In this document: positions 20,123 to 28,786 of the stretch, piece by piece
How the letters are laid out: the number at the start of each line of letters is the position of its first letter
Position numbering within the stretch: the stretch's first letter is position 1
Origin: Bdellovibrionales bacterium
GTDB taxonomy: Bacteria > Bdellovibrionota > Bdellovibrionia > Bdellovibrionales > UBA1609
DNA length: 64,000 nt
Direction of reading: 5' to 3'
NCBI GenBank assembly: GCA_041690295.1
Contig: JAWLHR010000014.1
Span: forward strand, 1-64,000
Made by a program: the position numbers and the translations under genes
The notes under the pieces: model-generated
Databases searched by the model: none
The model's input: only the letters and a program-made list of their open reading frames with translations
Told to the model about the DNA's origin: nothing

Positions 20123-20216
20123 GGCGCCATCTTAGTGGCTCCCCTTCATTAGGCAAATCTTGACGCCAAAAGCAAACCGCATAAGATAAGACCTCCTTCT
20201 AGAGGAGGTTCTAACG

Positions 20217-20606
20217 ATGAAAGCCTTGTTGATGAGCATGATATTAGTTTCAAGTGTCGCATGGGCGCAAACCGTGGACGTGAAAGATGTTTCCGCTGAC
20301 ACCGACGGCGAGACAACAACCACGATTGAGATCAAAAAAGCCAAAGCCGGAATGATGAAGTCGGACAACACCTGGGAAATCACCGATGGCACCGCTGACC
20401 TCGAAGGGGATGCGGGCGCGACCAATAAAGATGCGAAAGCCAAATGGAAGAAAGCTTGCGACGACTGGAAAAAGGAATTCCGCCAGGACAACAACGAAAA
20501 CAAAATCCTTAGCCTCAACTGCGGAACCGCCACCTGCGGCGGCGACGTCGGCAACAAAACCTGCACCTCAAAGGCAAGCTACAAGATCAAGACTCGAGTA
20601 AATTAA
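20217..20606 (+). CDS. Small secreted Cys-containing hypothetical protein
   Basis: GGAGG RBS, signal peptide (AWA), 4 Cys. Confidence 0.8.
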   Translation: MKALLMSMILVSSVAWAQTVDVKDVSADTDGETTTTIEIKKAKAGMMKSDNTWEITDGTADLEGDAGATNKDAKAKWKKACDDWKKEFRQDNNENKILSLNCGTATCGGDVGNKTCTSKASYKIKTRVN

Positions 20607-20632
20607 GACGATGGTACGATTCTGATGAGCGG

Positions 20633-20778
20633 GCCGGTCGGCCGGCGCACCGGGTGGACTGGTGCGCGGGGCCGCGTGGTCTGCGAGTCTGTGGGGTTAG
20701 CAGCGCTCGAGAATGCGGGCCGCGTGATTTGCGGGGCACGTGTTTGCGGAACCTGTATCAGTAAGTTACGTGTTTGCG
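20633..20778. repeat. GC-rich hairpins and degenerate direct repeats downstream of the Y1 transposase
   Basis: Hairpin GCGCACCGG/CTGGTGCGC (20645-20667); four CGTGnT(T/C)TGCG-like copies at 20669, 20717, 20734, 20768. Confidence 0.55.
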
Positions 20779-20789
20779 CCCTGATCGCC

Positions 20790-21332
20790 TTATCCGTCGC
20801 CCCAGATGGCGCGAAGGTCTTTGAGTGACTTGGTTTCTTTGCGAGAGATGAAGCCTTCCGCCTCAAGGAAGTTTAAATGGATGTAGTCGCAGACACTGCG
20901 AAAGGCCTTGTGCCAGCCTCGTACAATTCGCGTAAAAGGACGAAATAACCAAAAGGCCTCGCCCTGAGGCAGCTTAATAAGCTCTCTCATGGTTTGCGCG
21001 ATTCGCCCGCACAGTTCACGAATAAAAGCTGGCCAATCCCGCACGTGATTGATTTTGACGAGCAAATGTAAGTGGTTGCCGACATTCGCATACCGGTAAA
21101 CCTTGAAGCCGTGCTTTTGGGCCGTCTTGGTGACGATTTCATTCACCACCGAAAAGGCTTTCGGAAGACGCATTCCACCCCGCGTAGCTCTTAAAACAAG
21201 ATGAACCGGAAACTTTGAATCCAAAGGACGCTTACACTTCGGATTCCCCTTCAGCAGACTTCCGCCGAATTCATCTCCGGGCTTTCTGAATCCTTTTCCC
21301 GCAAACTCAAGTTGTGCTCGACGGCCGCTCAT
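20790..21332 (-). mobile_element. Standalone HUH Y1 transposase (IS200/RAYT-like)
   Basis: VHLVLR, NVGNHLHLLV (HUH), FW..RPFTRIV, YIHLN (catalytic Tyr); no tnpB nearby. Confidence 0.82.
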
Positions 21333-21530
21333 TCTTTTTCCTTTGAGATCAAACGTTTATCCAATAACTCGTGCAGCGACTTAGCAAGTGACCAAACAGA
21401 TATCCCCCATCGCTCCACAGTCAAACAGTTTCCAACGAGAATTTGCGCCTGCTCTTGTGTTTTTATAGATGACAGTAAGTTCGCCCATGTCTGGCTGGGA
21501 ATGAAATGTTGACAACTCGTCTCGATCTTC

Positions 21531-21662
21531 ACTTCCGATTCGGAAGTAGGGGCGCGCCAACCAACTAGGAAGGCGATCAATAGATCGGGTTAACTAGGGA
21601 GGTCGACCAGAAAGCGGCAACCGTGCGAGAACGCGCGCGCCAAGCACAAGAGCGCGCGCCAA
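21531..21662. repeat. Palindrome and short direct repeats upstream of the Y1 transposase
   Basis: ACTTCCG-ATT-CGGAAGT (21531-21547); GCGCGCCAA x3 (21552, 21635, 21654); AACTAGG x2 (21563, 21592). Confidence 0.55.
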
Positions 21663-21670
21663 AGCCCGCA

Positions 21671-23290
21671 CTATCCGCCGCGGGTTTTTTCGAGGTAGTA
21701 GTCCCAGGAGCCGTCGTAGATGGTGAGTTGGTGGCGGTCGAGGCGAAAAACCCGCGTGGTCATGTTGCGCAGGAAGTGCCGGTCGTGGCTGACGATCATC
21801 ACAGTGCCTTGAAAGCGGCGGATGGCGTCCAATAAAACTTCGCGCGATTGAATGTCCAAGTGATTGGTCGGCTCGTCGAGCACCAGAAAATTAACCGGCT
21901 TGGCGAGAATCGTGGCCAACACGACCCGGCTTTTTTCTCCACCTGATAAAACGGAGATTTTCTTTTCCACCTCGTCGCCCGAAAACTTCAACGCGCCCAA
22001 AAGATTTCGCACGTACCCGACCGATTGAGTGGGAATACGCGAGTGCACTTCTTCCAACACACTCAATGATGGATTCAAAACATCCAAAGAATTCTGGCTG
22101 AAATAGCCGAGATGAATGCTCGCGCCGAGAACCGCCTTGCCCTCAGTCGGCTCCGTCTGGCCGGCGATGATCTTTAGCAAAGTGGATTTACCCGCGCCGT
22201 TCACACCCACAACCGCGACACGATCCAAACGGCGCACCAATGCGTTCGCCCCGCGAAAAACTTCCACCCGCCGGCCGCCGCCGTCATAAACCTTTCCCAA
22301 ATTCTCAAGTTTCACGACCTCATCACCGCCCCGGGGTGGCTCAGGCCACTCGAAATGAATGGCTTTTTCCTCGGTGGGAACTTCAACAAGATCGATCTTT
22401 TCCAGTTTCTTAACCCGGGATTGCACCTGGGCGGCATGGGAAGCGCGCGCGGCAAAGCGGGCGATGAACTCCTTTTCCTTGGCGATCATCTCTTCCTGCC
22501 GCTTGGCCGTGGCGATCAATTGTTCACGCCGAAGCTCCCGCTCCCGCTCATAAAAGTCATAGTTCCCCGAATAGACCGTGATGGTTTGATGCGCGACCTC
22601 GATGATCTTTTCAACCAGCCGGTTCATGAAGTCACGATCGTGACTGGTCATGAGGAGCGTGCCCTTGAATTCTTTCAACCAACCTTCCAACCATTCGATC
22701 GATTCCAAATCCAAGTGGTTGGTGGGCTCGTCCATCAAAAGAACATCGGGATTGAGCACCAATATCTTGGCCAAAGCGATGCGCATTTTCCAACCACCGC
22801 TGAAGCTACCGGTGTCGCGATGATGATCTTCGGGATGAAAACCCAAACCGGTGATGATTTCGGCCGCGCGAGCCTCGAGATTGTAGCCGCCGAGACGTTC
22901 GAACTCGGCCTGAACTTCGCCGTACTTTTCAAGGACCGCGGTCATTTCGTCTTCGGTGAGATCCGGCGAAGACAATTTGGCTTCGTACTCGGCCACTTTT
23001 CGACCAAGCTCCGCCACCCGGCCGGCCGCTGATTTGACTTCTTCCAAAACGGACCGGCCCTTCATGTCTTCGATATTTTGCGAAAAGTAACCAATGACGG
23101 TTTTTTCGGGCTTGGCCACGTGGCCCGAGCCCACGCCTTCCTCACCGGTGATGAGACGAAAGATCGTGGTTTTGCCGGCGCCGTTGGGCCCGACCAAGCC
23201 CACTTTTTCTCCCGGATTCAGTTGAAAAGAAGCGTCCCTGTACAGCACCTTGTTGCCGTAACTTTTGGACACGTTGGCCACATTAATCAT
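21671..23290 (-). CDS. ABC-F family ATPase
   Basis: Two ABC cassettes (GPNGAGKT/FSGGW/DEPTNHLD; GVNGAGKS/LSGGE), no TM segments. Confidence 0.95.
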   Translation of the reverse strand: MINVANVSKSYGNKVLYRDASFQLNPGEKVGLVGPNGAGKTTIFRLITGEEGVGSGHVAKPEKTVIGYFSQNIEDMKGRSVLEEVKSAAGRVAELGRKVAEYEAKLSSPDLTEDEMTAVLEKYGEVQAEFERLGGYNLEARAAEIITGLGFHPEDHHRDTGSFSGGWKMRIALAKILVLNPDVLLMDEPTNHLDLESIEWLEGWLKEFKGTLLMTSHDRDFMNRLVEKIIEVAHQTITVYSGNYDFYERERELRREQLIATAKRQEEMIAKEKEFIARFAARASHAAQVQSRVKKLEKIDLVEVPTEEKAIHFEWPEPPRGGDEVVKLENLGKVYDGGGRRVEVFRGANALVRRLDRVAVVGVNGAGKSTLLKIIAGQTEPTEGKAVLGASIHLGYFSQNSLDVLNPSLSVLEEVHSRIPTQSVGYVRNLLGALKFSGDEVEKKISVLSGGEKSRVVLATILAKPVNFLVLDEPTNHLDIQSREVLLDAIRRFQGTVMIVSHDRHFLRNMTTRVFRLDRHQLTIYDGSWDYYLEKTRGG

Positions 23291-23307
23291 GAGTGGCCAC
23301 TATAATC

Positions 23308-23844
23308 TTACATCCGGGCGATTCTCAAGGCCTGATCCGCGGCCCGCAGGACCGAGGCCAAGCGAAGGAGCGATTGAATGCCAATCGGCTGCACTCCCGC
23401 GTCCTTCAACACCTTGGCGTGGGCGCTTAAACACTGACCGCACCCGGCGATTGCTGAAACCGCGAGCGACATGGCTTCGAAATCCGTCTTAGGGATTCCG
23501 GGGTTGCCGATGATATTCATGCGCAATTTAGTGGGGAGCTTGCGAAGTTCCTCATCATTCATCAAATGCGTGGATCGATAATAAACATTATTCATCGCCA
23601 TGATCGTGGCCGCGCCACGAGCCGCTTCGCGATAGGCATCATCGTTCAACGCACCCGATGAAGAGTTCAGCAACGCATTCACCAGGTCTTTGGAGTCAAG
23701 TGCATAGGCGCAGGCCAACGCCGAGCCCCAGATTTGTTGATCCGTGAGCCCGGGCGCGCCTTCCGTACTCAACACCGAATCCAGATTCAAGCGTATGTCC
23801 CGCCCGAAGTCAGGAATCTGAGATTTGAGATCTTCAATGGTCAT
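23308..23844 (-). CDS. ahpD: Alkyl hydroperoxide reductase AhpD
   Basis: DIRLNL, MAMNNVYYR, CGQCLSAH; ATGA overlap with ahpC sets the start at 23844. Confidence 0.93.
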   Translation of the reverse strand: MTIEDLKSQIPDFGRDIRLNLDSVLSTEGAPGLTDQQIWGSALACAYALDSKDLVNALLNSSSGALNDDAYREAARGAATIMAMNNVYYRSTHLMNDEELRKLPTKLRMNIIGNPGIPKTDFEAMSLAVSAIAGCGQCLSAHAKVLKDAGVQPIGIQSLLRLASVLRAADQALRIARM

Positions 23845-24377
23845 AACTGAATCGTCTCCTGTCCGGGTTCCCAATTGCAGGGGCAAAGTTCGTCGGTTTG
23901 TAAGCCGTCCAAAATACGGAGAACTTCCTTGGGACTGCGACCAACCGACGCATCCGTCACATACACGAAGCGGATGATACCTTCAGGATCCACGATGTAC
24001 GTCGCCCGTTGGGCCACGCCTTCTTTTTCATCGAGAATGCCGAGCTTGGAGCTGAGATCGCGATTCAAGTCCGAAAGCAGCGGGAAATCGAGATTCTTGA
24101 GATCCTCATTTTGCTGTTTCCAGGCCAGGTGAACGAATTCAGAGTCCGTGCTCACGCCCAAAACCTGCGCGTCGCGGTCCTTGAACTGGCGGCTCAATTC
24201 ATTAAAGCCTTTGATCTCCGTCGGACAAACGAAGGTGAAATCCTTGGGGTAGAAAAACACAACCAACCACTTACCGGCATAGGTCTTGTTGCTCACCTCG
24301 GTGAAGGCCGTCTTTAAATCGGTTCCCGTCACCGCCTTTAAGTTAAAATCCGGAAAACGCTGTCCAATACCTAACAT
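23841..24377 (-). CDS. ahpC: Peroxiredoxin AhpC
   Basis: FYPKDFTFVCPTE, ELCPCNW. Confidence 0.95.
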   Translation of the reverse strand: MLGIGQRFPDFNLKAVTGTDLKTAFTEVSNKTYAGKWLVVFFYPKDFTFVCPTEIKGFNELSRQFKDRDAQVLGVSTDSEFVHLAWKQQNEDLKNLDFPLLSDLNRDLSSKLGILDEKEGVAQRATYIVDPEGIIRFVYVTDASVGRSPKEVLRILDGLQTDELCPCNWEPGQETIQL

Positions 24378-24451
24378 TTAATACCTCCTAAAGTTGGCGC
24401 CGCCCGCGCGGCTTCATTGGCTCTCCTTGCAATAATCGCCTCGATCGCCTG

Positions 24452-24496
24452 ATAAGTAAAATCGATTGTATAAATACATAGATCGATGATATCTAT
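24452..24496. promoter_or_regulatory. Probable OxyR operator in the ahpC/oxyR divergent region
   Basis: ATAA-N7-CGAT (24452-24466) and ATCG-N7-CTAT (24482-24496) resemble ATAG-N7-CTAT. Confidence 0.55.
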
Positions 24497-24522
24497 CACT
24501 ATTTGAAACAAGGAGTGCGACA

Positions 24523-25476
24523 ATGCCGTCCTTAACCCAGCTGGAGTACATCGTGGCCGTCGAGAAATGGCGTCACTTCGGCAAAGCGGCCGAAGCTTGC
24601 CACGTCACCCAACCGACTTTAAGCATGCAAATACAGAAAGTTGAGGAGGAGATCGGTTATCCGCTTTTTGATCGGCTTAAAAAACCGGTGGTCCCCACGG
24701 CCAAAGGTGTCCGGTTTATCCAGCAGGCCAAGGCCCTTCTCCATGAGCATCGAAAACTCATGGAACTTTCACGCAACCAAAGTCATGAGGTCAGTGGGGA
24801 ATTTCGCCTCGGCGTGATACCAACCGTGGCCCCTTACCTCCTCCCGCTTTTTCTTGAAAGCTTTTCCCGTGAATATCCCCATGTGGAACTCATCGTGGAC
24901 GAACTGAAAACGGACACGATCATCTCGGCCCTTCATGAAGACAAGCTGGACGCCGGAATTCTCGCAACACCACTGAACGAGCCCGGCCTAAAGGAGCGGG
25001 CACTCTATTATGAACCGTTCGCGCTTTATGTTTCGAAATCCTCCTCGCTCAACTCCCGCCGTCGGATTCGCGAGAGCGATCTTTCCGGCGAAGAAATGTG
25101 GTTGCTCGCGGACGGGCATTGTTTTCGCAACCAGATTGTCCGTTATTGTTCGCTTAAGGAACGAGAGGGCGTGTTTCCCAATGTCCAATTCGCTGGCGGC
25201 ACTTTGGAAACGCTTCGCAACCTGATCCGTAACACAAGTGGATATACATTGGTTCCAGCTTTGTTCGTCGACACCTTATCCGACGCCGAGAAAAAGGAAC
25301 ATATTCGCGAGTTTGAAAAGCCCGTGCCGACCCGGGAGATCAGTTTAATCTATCGACGGGATCAATGGAAATCAGACATCTTAAACGCCCTGGAAAACCG
25401 CATTCGGAAAGGACTGCCCAAGCATGTCGCGAATTCACCTGATCCGAAAGGCCATGAAGTGTTACCAGTTGCGTAG
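24523..25476 (+). CDS. oxyR: H2O2-sensing LysR regulator
   Basis: HFGKAAEACHVTQPTLS HTH; GHCFRNQIVRYC redox Cys pair. Confidence 0.93.
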   Translation: MPSLTQLEYIVAVEKWRHFGKAAEACHVTQPTLSMQIQKVEEEIGYPLFDRLKKPVVPTAKGVRFIQQAKALLHEHRKLMELSRNQSHEVSGEFRLGVIPTVAPYLLPLFLESFSREYPHVELIVDELKTDTIISALHEDKLDAGILATPLNEPGLKERALYYEPFALYVSKSSSLNSRRRIRESDLSGEEMWLLADGHCFRNQIVRYCSLKEREGVFPNVQFAGGTLETLRNLIRNTSGYTLVPALFVDTLSDAEKKEHIREFEKPVPTREISLIYRRDQWKSDILNALENRIRKGLPKHVANSPDPKGHEVLPVA

Positions 25477-25502
25477 GTCTCAAGCTGCAGTAGGATAAAA
25501 AA

Positions 25503-26192
25503 ATGGCGACTGAAAAAACCATGCGCGACTGGCCCGTCCATCACGCCGAATTCACATTGCCCATCCGTTATCACCTGCAAAAATCCCAAGGTTCGGGCAC
25601 GGTGATCCTTTTGCACGGTTATCAGGATCATGCACTTTCCATGTTTCGCCGGATCGGTTGGTTTGAAAAGGATTTGCCTTTTAATGTCTTGGCGGTCAAT
25701 GCGCCTTTTCCCGTGCCCATTTGGAAAAGTGATGGTTTTGTCGAAGCTTACTCCTGGTATTTCAGGGACACCCGGCGGGAAATCATGCTGGTGGATCCAA
25801 GAGTCACGGCCGAAAGAGTGGGAACGCTCATAAATAAAATTCTTTCGCCATCCGAGCCCCTGGCGATTTTAGGATTTTCCCAAGGTGGTTTCTTGGCGCC
25901 CTTCCTGGCGAAACACTTGCCTTCCCTTCGCGCGATCCTGGGCGTGGGAAGCGGCTACCCTTTTGATCCTTACAGTCACATCGGCCGCACCGACATACGG
26001 GTCCACGCTTTCCATGACGAAACGGATGATCGTTGGCCGATCAAAGAATCGCAAGCGTCCCACAAAAAAATCCTGGAACTTGGCTTTACCGGTGACTTCC
26101 ACATCGTTCCCGGGCTGGGCCATAAAGTTGATCCCATGCTGGATCCGCTCATCCGCCCCATTCTTCTTGCCGAGTTCGGAGCGCGGCCATGA
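25503..26192 (+). CDS. Alpha/beta hydrolase (carboxylesterase-like)
   Basis: LLHGY, GFSQGG nucleophile elbow, GLGH. Confidence 0.85.
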   Translation: MATEKTMRDWPVHHAEFTLPIRYHLQKSQGSGTVILLHGYQDHALSMFRRIGWFEKDLPFNVLAVNAPFPVPIWKSDGFVEAYSWYFRDTRREIMLVDPRVTAERVGTLINKILSPSEPLAILGFSQGGFLAPFLAKHLPSLRAILGVGSGYPFDPYSHIGRTDIRVHAFHDETDDRWPIKESQASHKKILELGFTGDFHIVPGLGHKVDPMLDPLIRPILLAEFGARP

Positions 26193-27073
26193 AAGTTTTG
26201 ATCATCGGGGGGAACCGTTTCGTCGGACTACGCCTGAGCACCGCGCTGGATCGGGAGTCTGGAATCGAACTTCATGTTTTGAACCGCACGGGACAAGTGC
26301 CGCACACCCATCGGGCGGTGATCTTTAAAGGCGATCGCCGTGATTTAACCCTCGCTCGGATAGATCAGGAGTACGATGTGGTGGTGGACTTCGCCACCTT
26401 CAACGACACCGACGCCCGAGCTTCCACTGGATTTTTCAAACGGGTTGGTCGGTACATTTTCATCTCCACCATCGCGGTCTATGATTTAGGCGCGGACTTG
26501 CGTGAAGAACAATTTGATCCGGGGAAATTTGATTTAACCGTGAATCACGGCCCACCCTCTTCACTGAGCTATCAACTGGGCAAACGCCGCGCTGAAGCCG
26601 AGTTCGCCCAGAACGCGCGCTTTCCCGTCGTCTCGGTCCGCTTCCCCTACATCCTTGGCCCCGATGACTACACCCGACGTCTTGAATTTCATGTGGAGCG
26701 GATCACCCGCAATCAAATGCTTTACTTACCCGATCCCAGCGCCCGTGTGTCCATGATCCACTCCGAAGACGCCTGTCGTTTCTTGCGTTGGTCGATGGAC
26801 AAAAATTTTACCGGCCCGATCAATGTGGCAAGTTCCGCTCCGATTCGAATGAGTGATTTTCTAAGCGAAATTGAAAAGAGAGTGGGACGTCGCGCCCTGC
26901 TCGCCCAACAACCCTCACCCCAAATCACTTCACCTTACGCCACAAAATCGGATTATTTCATGGACTGCCAAAAGGTGGAGAAGGTGGGATTCACAGCCAA
27001 ACCCATTTCGGATTGGTTGGGATCGCTGATCGACGGCGCCATCACTGATGCGCCGTCGACCAAACTCCATTAA
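26189..27073 (+). CDS. NAD-dependent epimerase/dehydratase family protein
   Basis: GGNRFVG, YIFISTIAVY, YQLGK. Confidence 0.87.
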   Translation: MKVLIIGGNRFVGLRLSTALDRESGIELHVLNRTGQVPHTHRAVIFKGDRRDLTLARIDQEYDVVVDFATFNDTDARASTGFFKRVGRYIFISTIAVYDLGADLREEQFDPGKFDLTVNHGPPSSLSYQLGKRRAEAEFAQNARFPVVSVRFPYILGPDDYTRRLEFHVERITRNQMLYLPDPSARVSMIHSEDACRFLRWSMDKNFTGPINVASSAPIRMSDFLSEIEKRVGRRALLAQQPSPQITSPYATKSDYFMDCQKVEKVGFTAKPISDWLGSLIDGAITDAPSTKLH

Positions 27074-28125
27074 AGCTCTTTCAATCCCAATGCGGTGATC
27101 AATCCCGAAAACGGAACGTTGGGATAGGTCATCGTAATGCAATGAATGGAGCCACGCCCTTGATTACTTAAGGTGATGGTCTCGATCGGAACCACTTTCA
27201 ATCCGGCCCGTTGATAGACGTCGACGGCTTCACGATCCGTGGGTTGCTCAAAAACCGGAACGAAGATCGTTCCGTTCACGAGCAATGAGTTCACATAGGA
27301 TTCATAAGGATAGCGCGGACGCGGCAACATGGTGACCTCAAAACCCTCGGCACGCAAACGATCGGCGTAACTGGGCAAATCGGTCAGCACTTTGTTGCGG
27401 GCCACGAAACGCACGGACTCATCGATGTGGCCAATGCCTTTTTCATGGGGCAGGCGAATGAGTCGCTTGCAACCGTAATGATCGTAAAAGATCTCATTGG
27501 GAATCCGAATGCTTCGTTGATTATCCACGGTGATGCAATCGCCCACATCGTTCACCATGAAATTGCCGCCTTCGAAATAATAATTATGTCTCAGCAGGTG
27601 GGCCTCGAACCAGTTGGCGATCACCTGATCCGGCTCGAAGTTATGATAATAGCGCGCATCCACCACATTCAGACTCGAATCCGGCCCCCAAATCGGAACC
27701 GGGAGTCCATCACGAGACCAAAAACCATTGCCACCCGCATTGATCGTCACGATCTTGAGGCGGTTCGGCTCGATATACCCCGCGAATGCCCGACGGATGG
27801 ATTCTTTGTTGTTCCGATCCGTGTAGATCACGAGAGTGGTATCGGCGGGCAGCTCTCGTGCCATAATCCGCTTGGCGGTTAAGGAATTGAAAACCGTTTC
27901 TGCACTGAAAAAGAGATAGCCGGCTTCTTCCAATTCGGAAAACGGACGCTCGACCGCCACCGTGGGCTTTCGATGCGGTATCAGTCGGATGGACTCATGA
28001 TACTCTTGAATCCGGCGATTCTGCTCCGGGGTCGCATCGGCGCCCGGAGCCTGTTCATTCGCACTCACATTCGCCGCGAAAAAGAAAACCGCGGCGACTA
28101 AACCCAACATCCTTGTTGGTGCCAT
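27070..28125 (-). CDS. Secreted agmatine/peptidylarginine deiminase family protein
   Basis: Signal peptide; WSRD, EGGN, GHID, YVN, GSIHCIT. Confidence 0.88.
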   Translation of the reverse strand: MAPTRMLGLVAAVFFFAANVSANEQAPGADATPEQNRRIQEYHESIRLIPHRKPTVAVERPFSELEEAGYLFFSAETVFNSLTAKRIMARELPADTTLVIYTDRNNKESIRRAFAGYIEPNRLKIVTINAGGNGFWSRDGLPVPIWGPDSSLNVVDARYYHNFEPDQVIANWFEAHLLRHNYYFEGGNFMVNDVGDCITVDNQRSIRIPNEIFYDHYGCKRLIRLPHEKGIGHIDESVRFVARNKVLTDLPSYADRLRAEGFEVTMLPRPRYPYESYVNSLLVNGTIFVPVFEQPTDREAVDVYQRAGLKVVPIETITLSNQGRGSIHCITMTYPNVPFSGLITALGLKEL

Positions 28126-28143
28126 ATCCCCCCCAAATTTATT

Positions 28144-28776
28144 TTATTGGTACTTAATGCTGCATCCGTAGGGCGTGGTGGACGCCGTTTTCACCGGCTC
28201 ACCTTTCTCGACCGCGGCCAGCGCGGAGAGAACGTAATTTTGCGCTCCATCCAGGCTCTTCGCCGAGGCGGACGGCCGGTCATCAATCGCGCCCATGTAG
28301 GCCAATTGACCCTTCTTATCTATGACGAACATATGAGGCGTGGTTTTCGCGTCATACATTTTGCCGACTTTTCCCTCGGTATCGAGAAGAACGGCGGTCG
28401 GCTTCATGCTCCACTCACCCATGAGCTTCGTCACTTCTTCAGCGGACATGGCACCTTGCTTGCCGGGTGCGGAAGAAATGATCGTGAACCAAACGATTCC
28501 CTTGCCGGTTTGCTTGGCCTGCAAGTCTTGCATGGTTTTGGAGTCATAGAACTTGCGAACATAGGGGCAATCTTTGTTGAACCATTCAAGGACCACGATC
28601 TTGCCCTTTTGATCGGCGAGCTTATACGTTTTGCCGTCCGCGCCGGTCAGTTCGAACGTTGGTGCCGCATGACCGATCTTGGTCACCGCTTTTTCAGGTG
28701 CCGCCTGATCTTTAGGCGATGCGGCCAAAGCCATCTGGGCCACGAGGGAGAGCGCGATAATAAACGCCATTCTCAT
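28144..28776 (-). CDS. Periplasmic redoxin (AhpC/TSA-like thioredoxin fold)
   Basis: Signal peptide; LEWFNKDCPYV, TTPHMFV, YMGAIDD, PYGCSIKY. Confidence 0.9.
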   Translation of the reverse strand: MRMAFIIALSLVAQMALAASPKDQAAPEKAVTKIGHAAPTFELTGADGKTYKLADQKGKIVVLEWFNKDCPYVRKFYDSKTMQDLQAKQTGKGIVWFTIISSAPGKQGAMSAEEVTKLMGEWSMKPTAVLLDTEGKVGKMYDAKTTPHMFVIDKKGQLAYMGAIDDRPSASAKSLDGAQNYVLSALAAVEKGEPVKTASTTPYGCSIKYQ

Positions 28777-28786
28777 TCAAACCTCC

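Noticed and set aside
20633..20778. CRISPR array
   Set aside because: Repeats are short, degenerate and irregularly spaced; no cas genes
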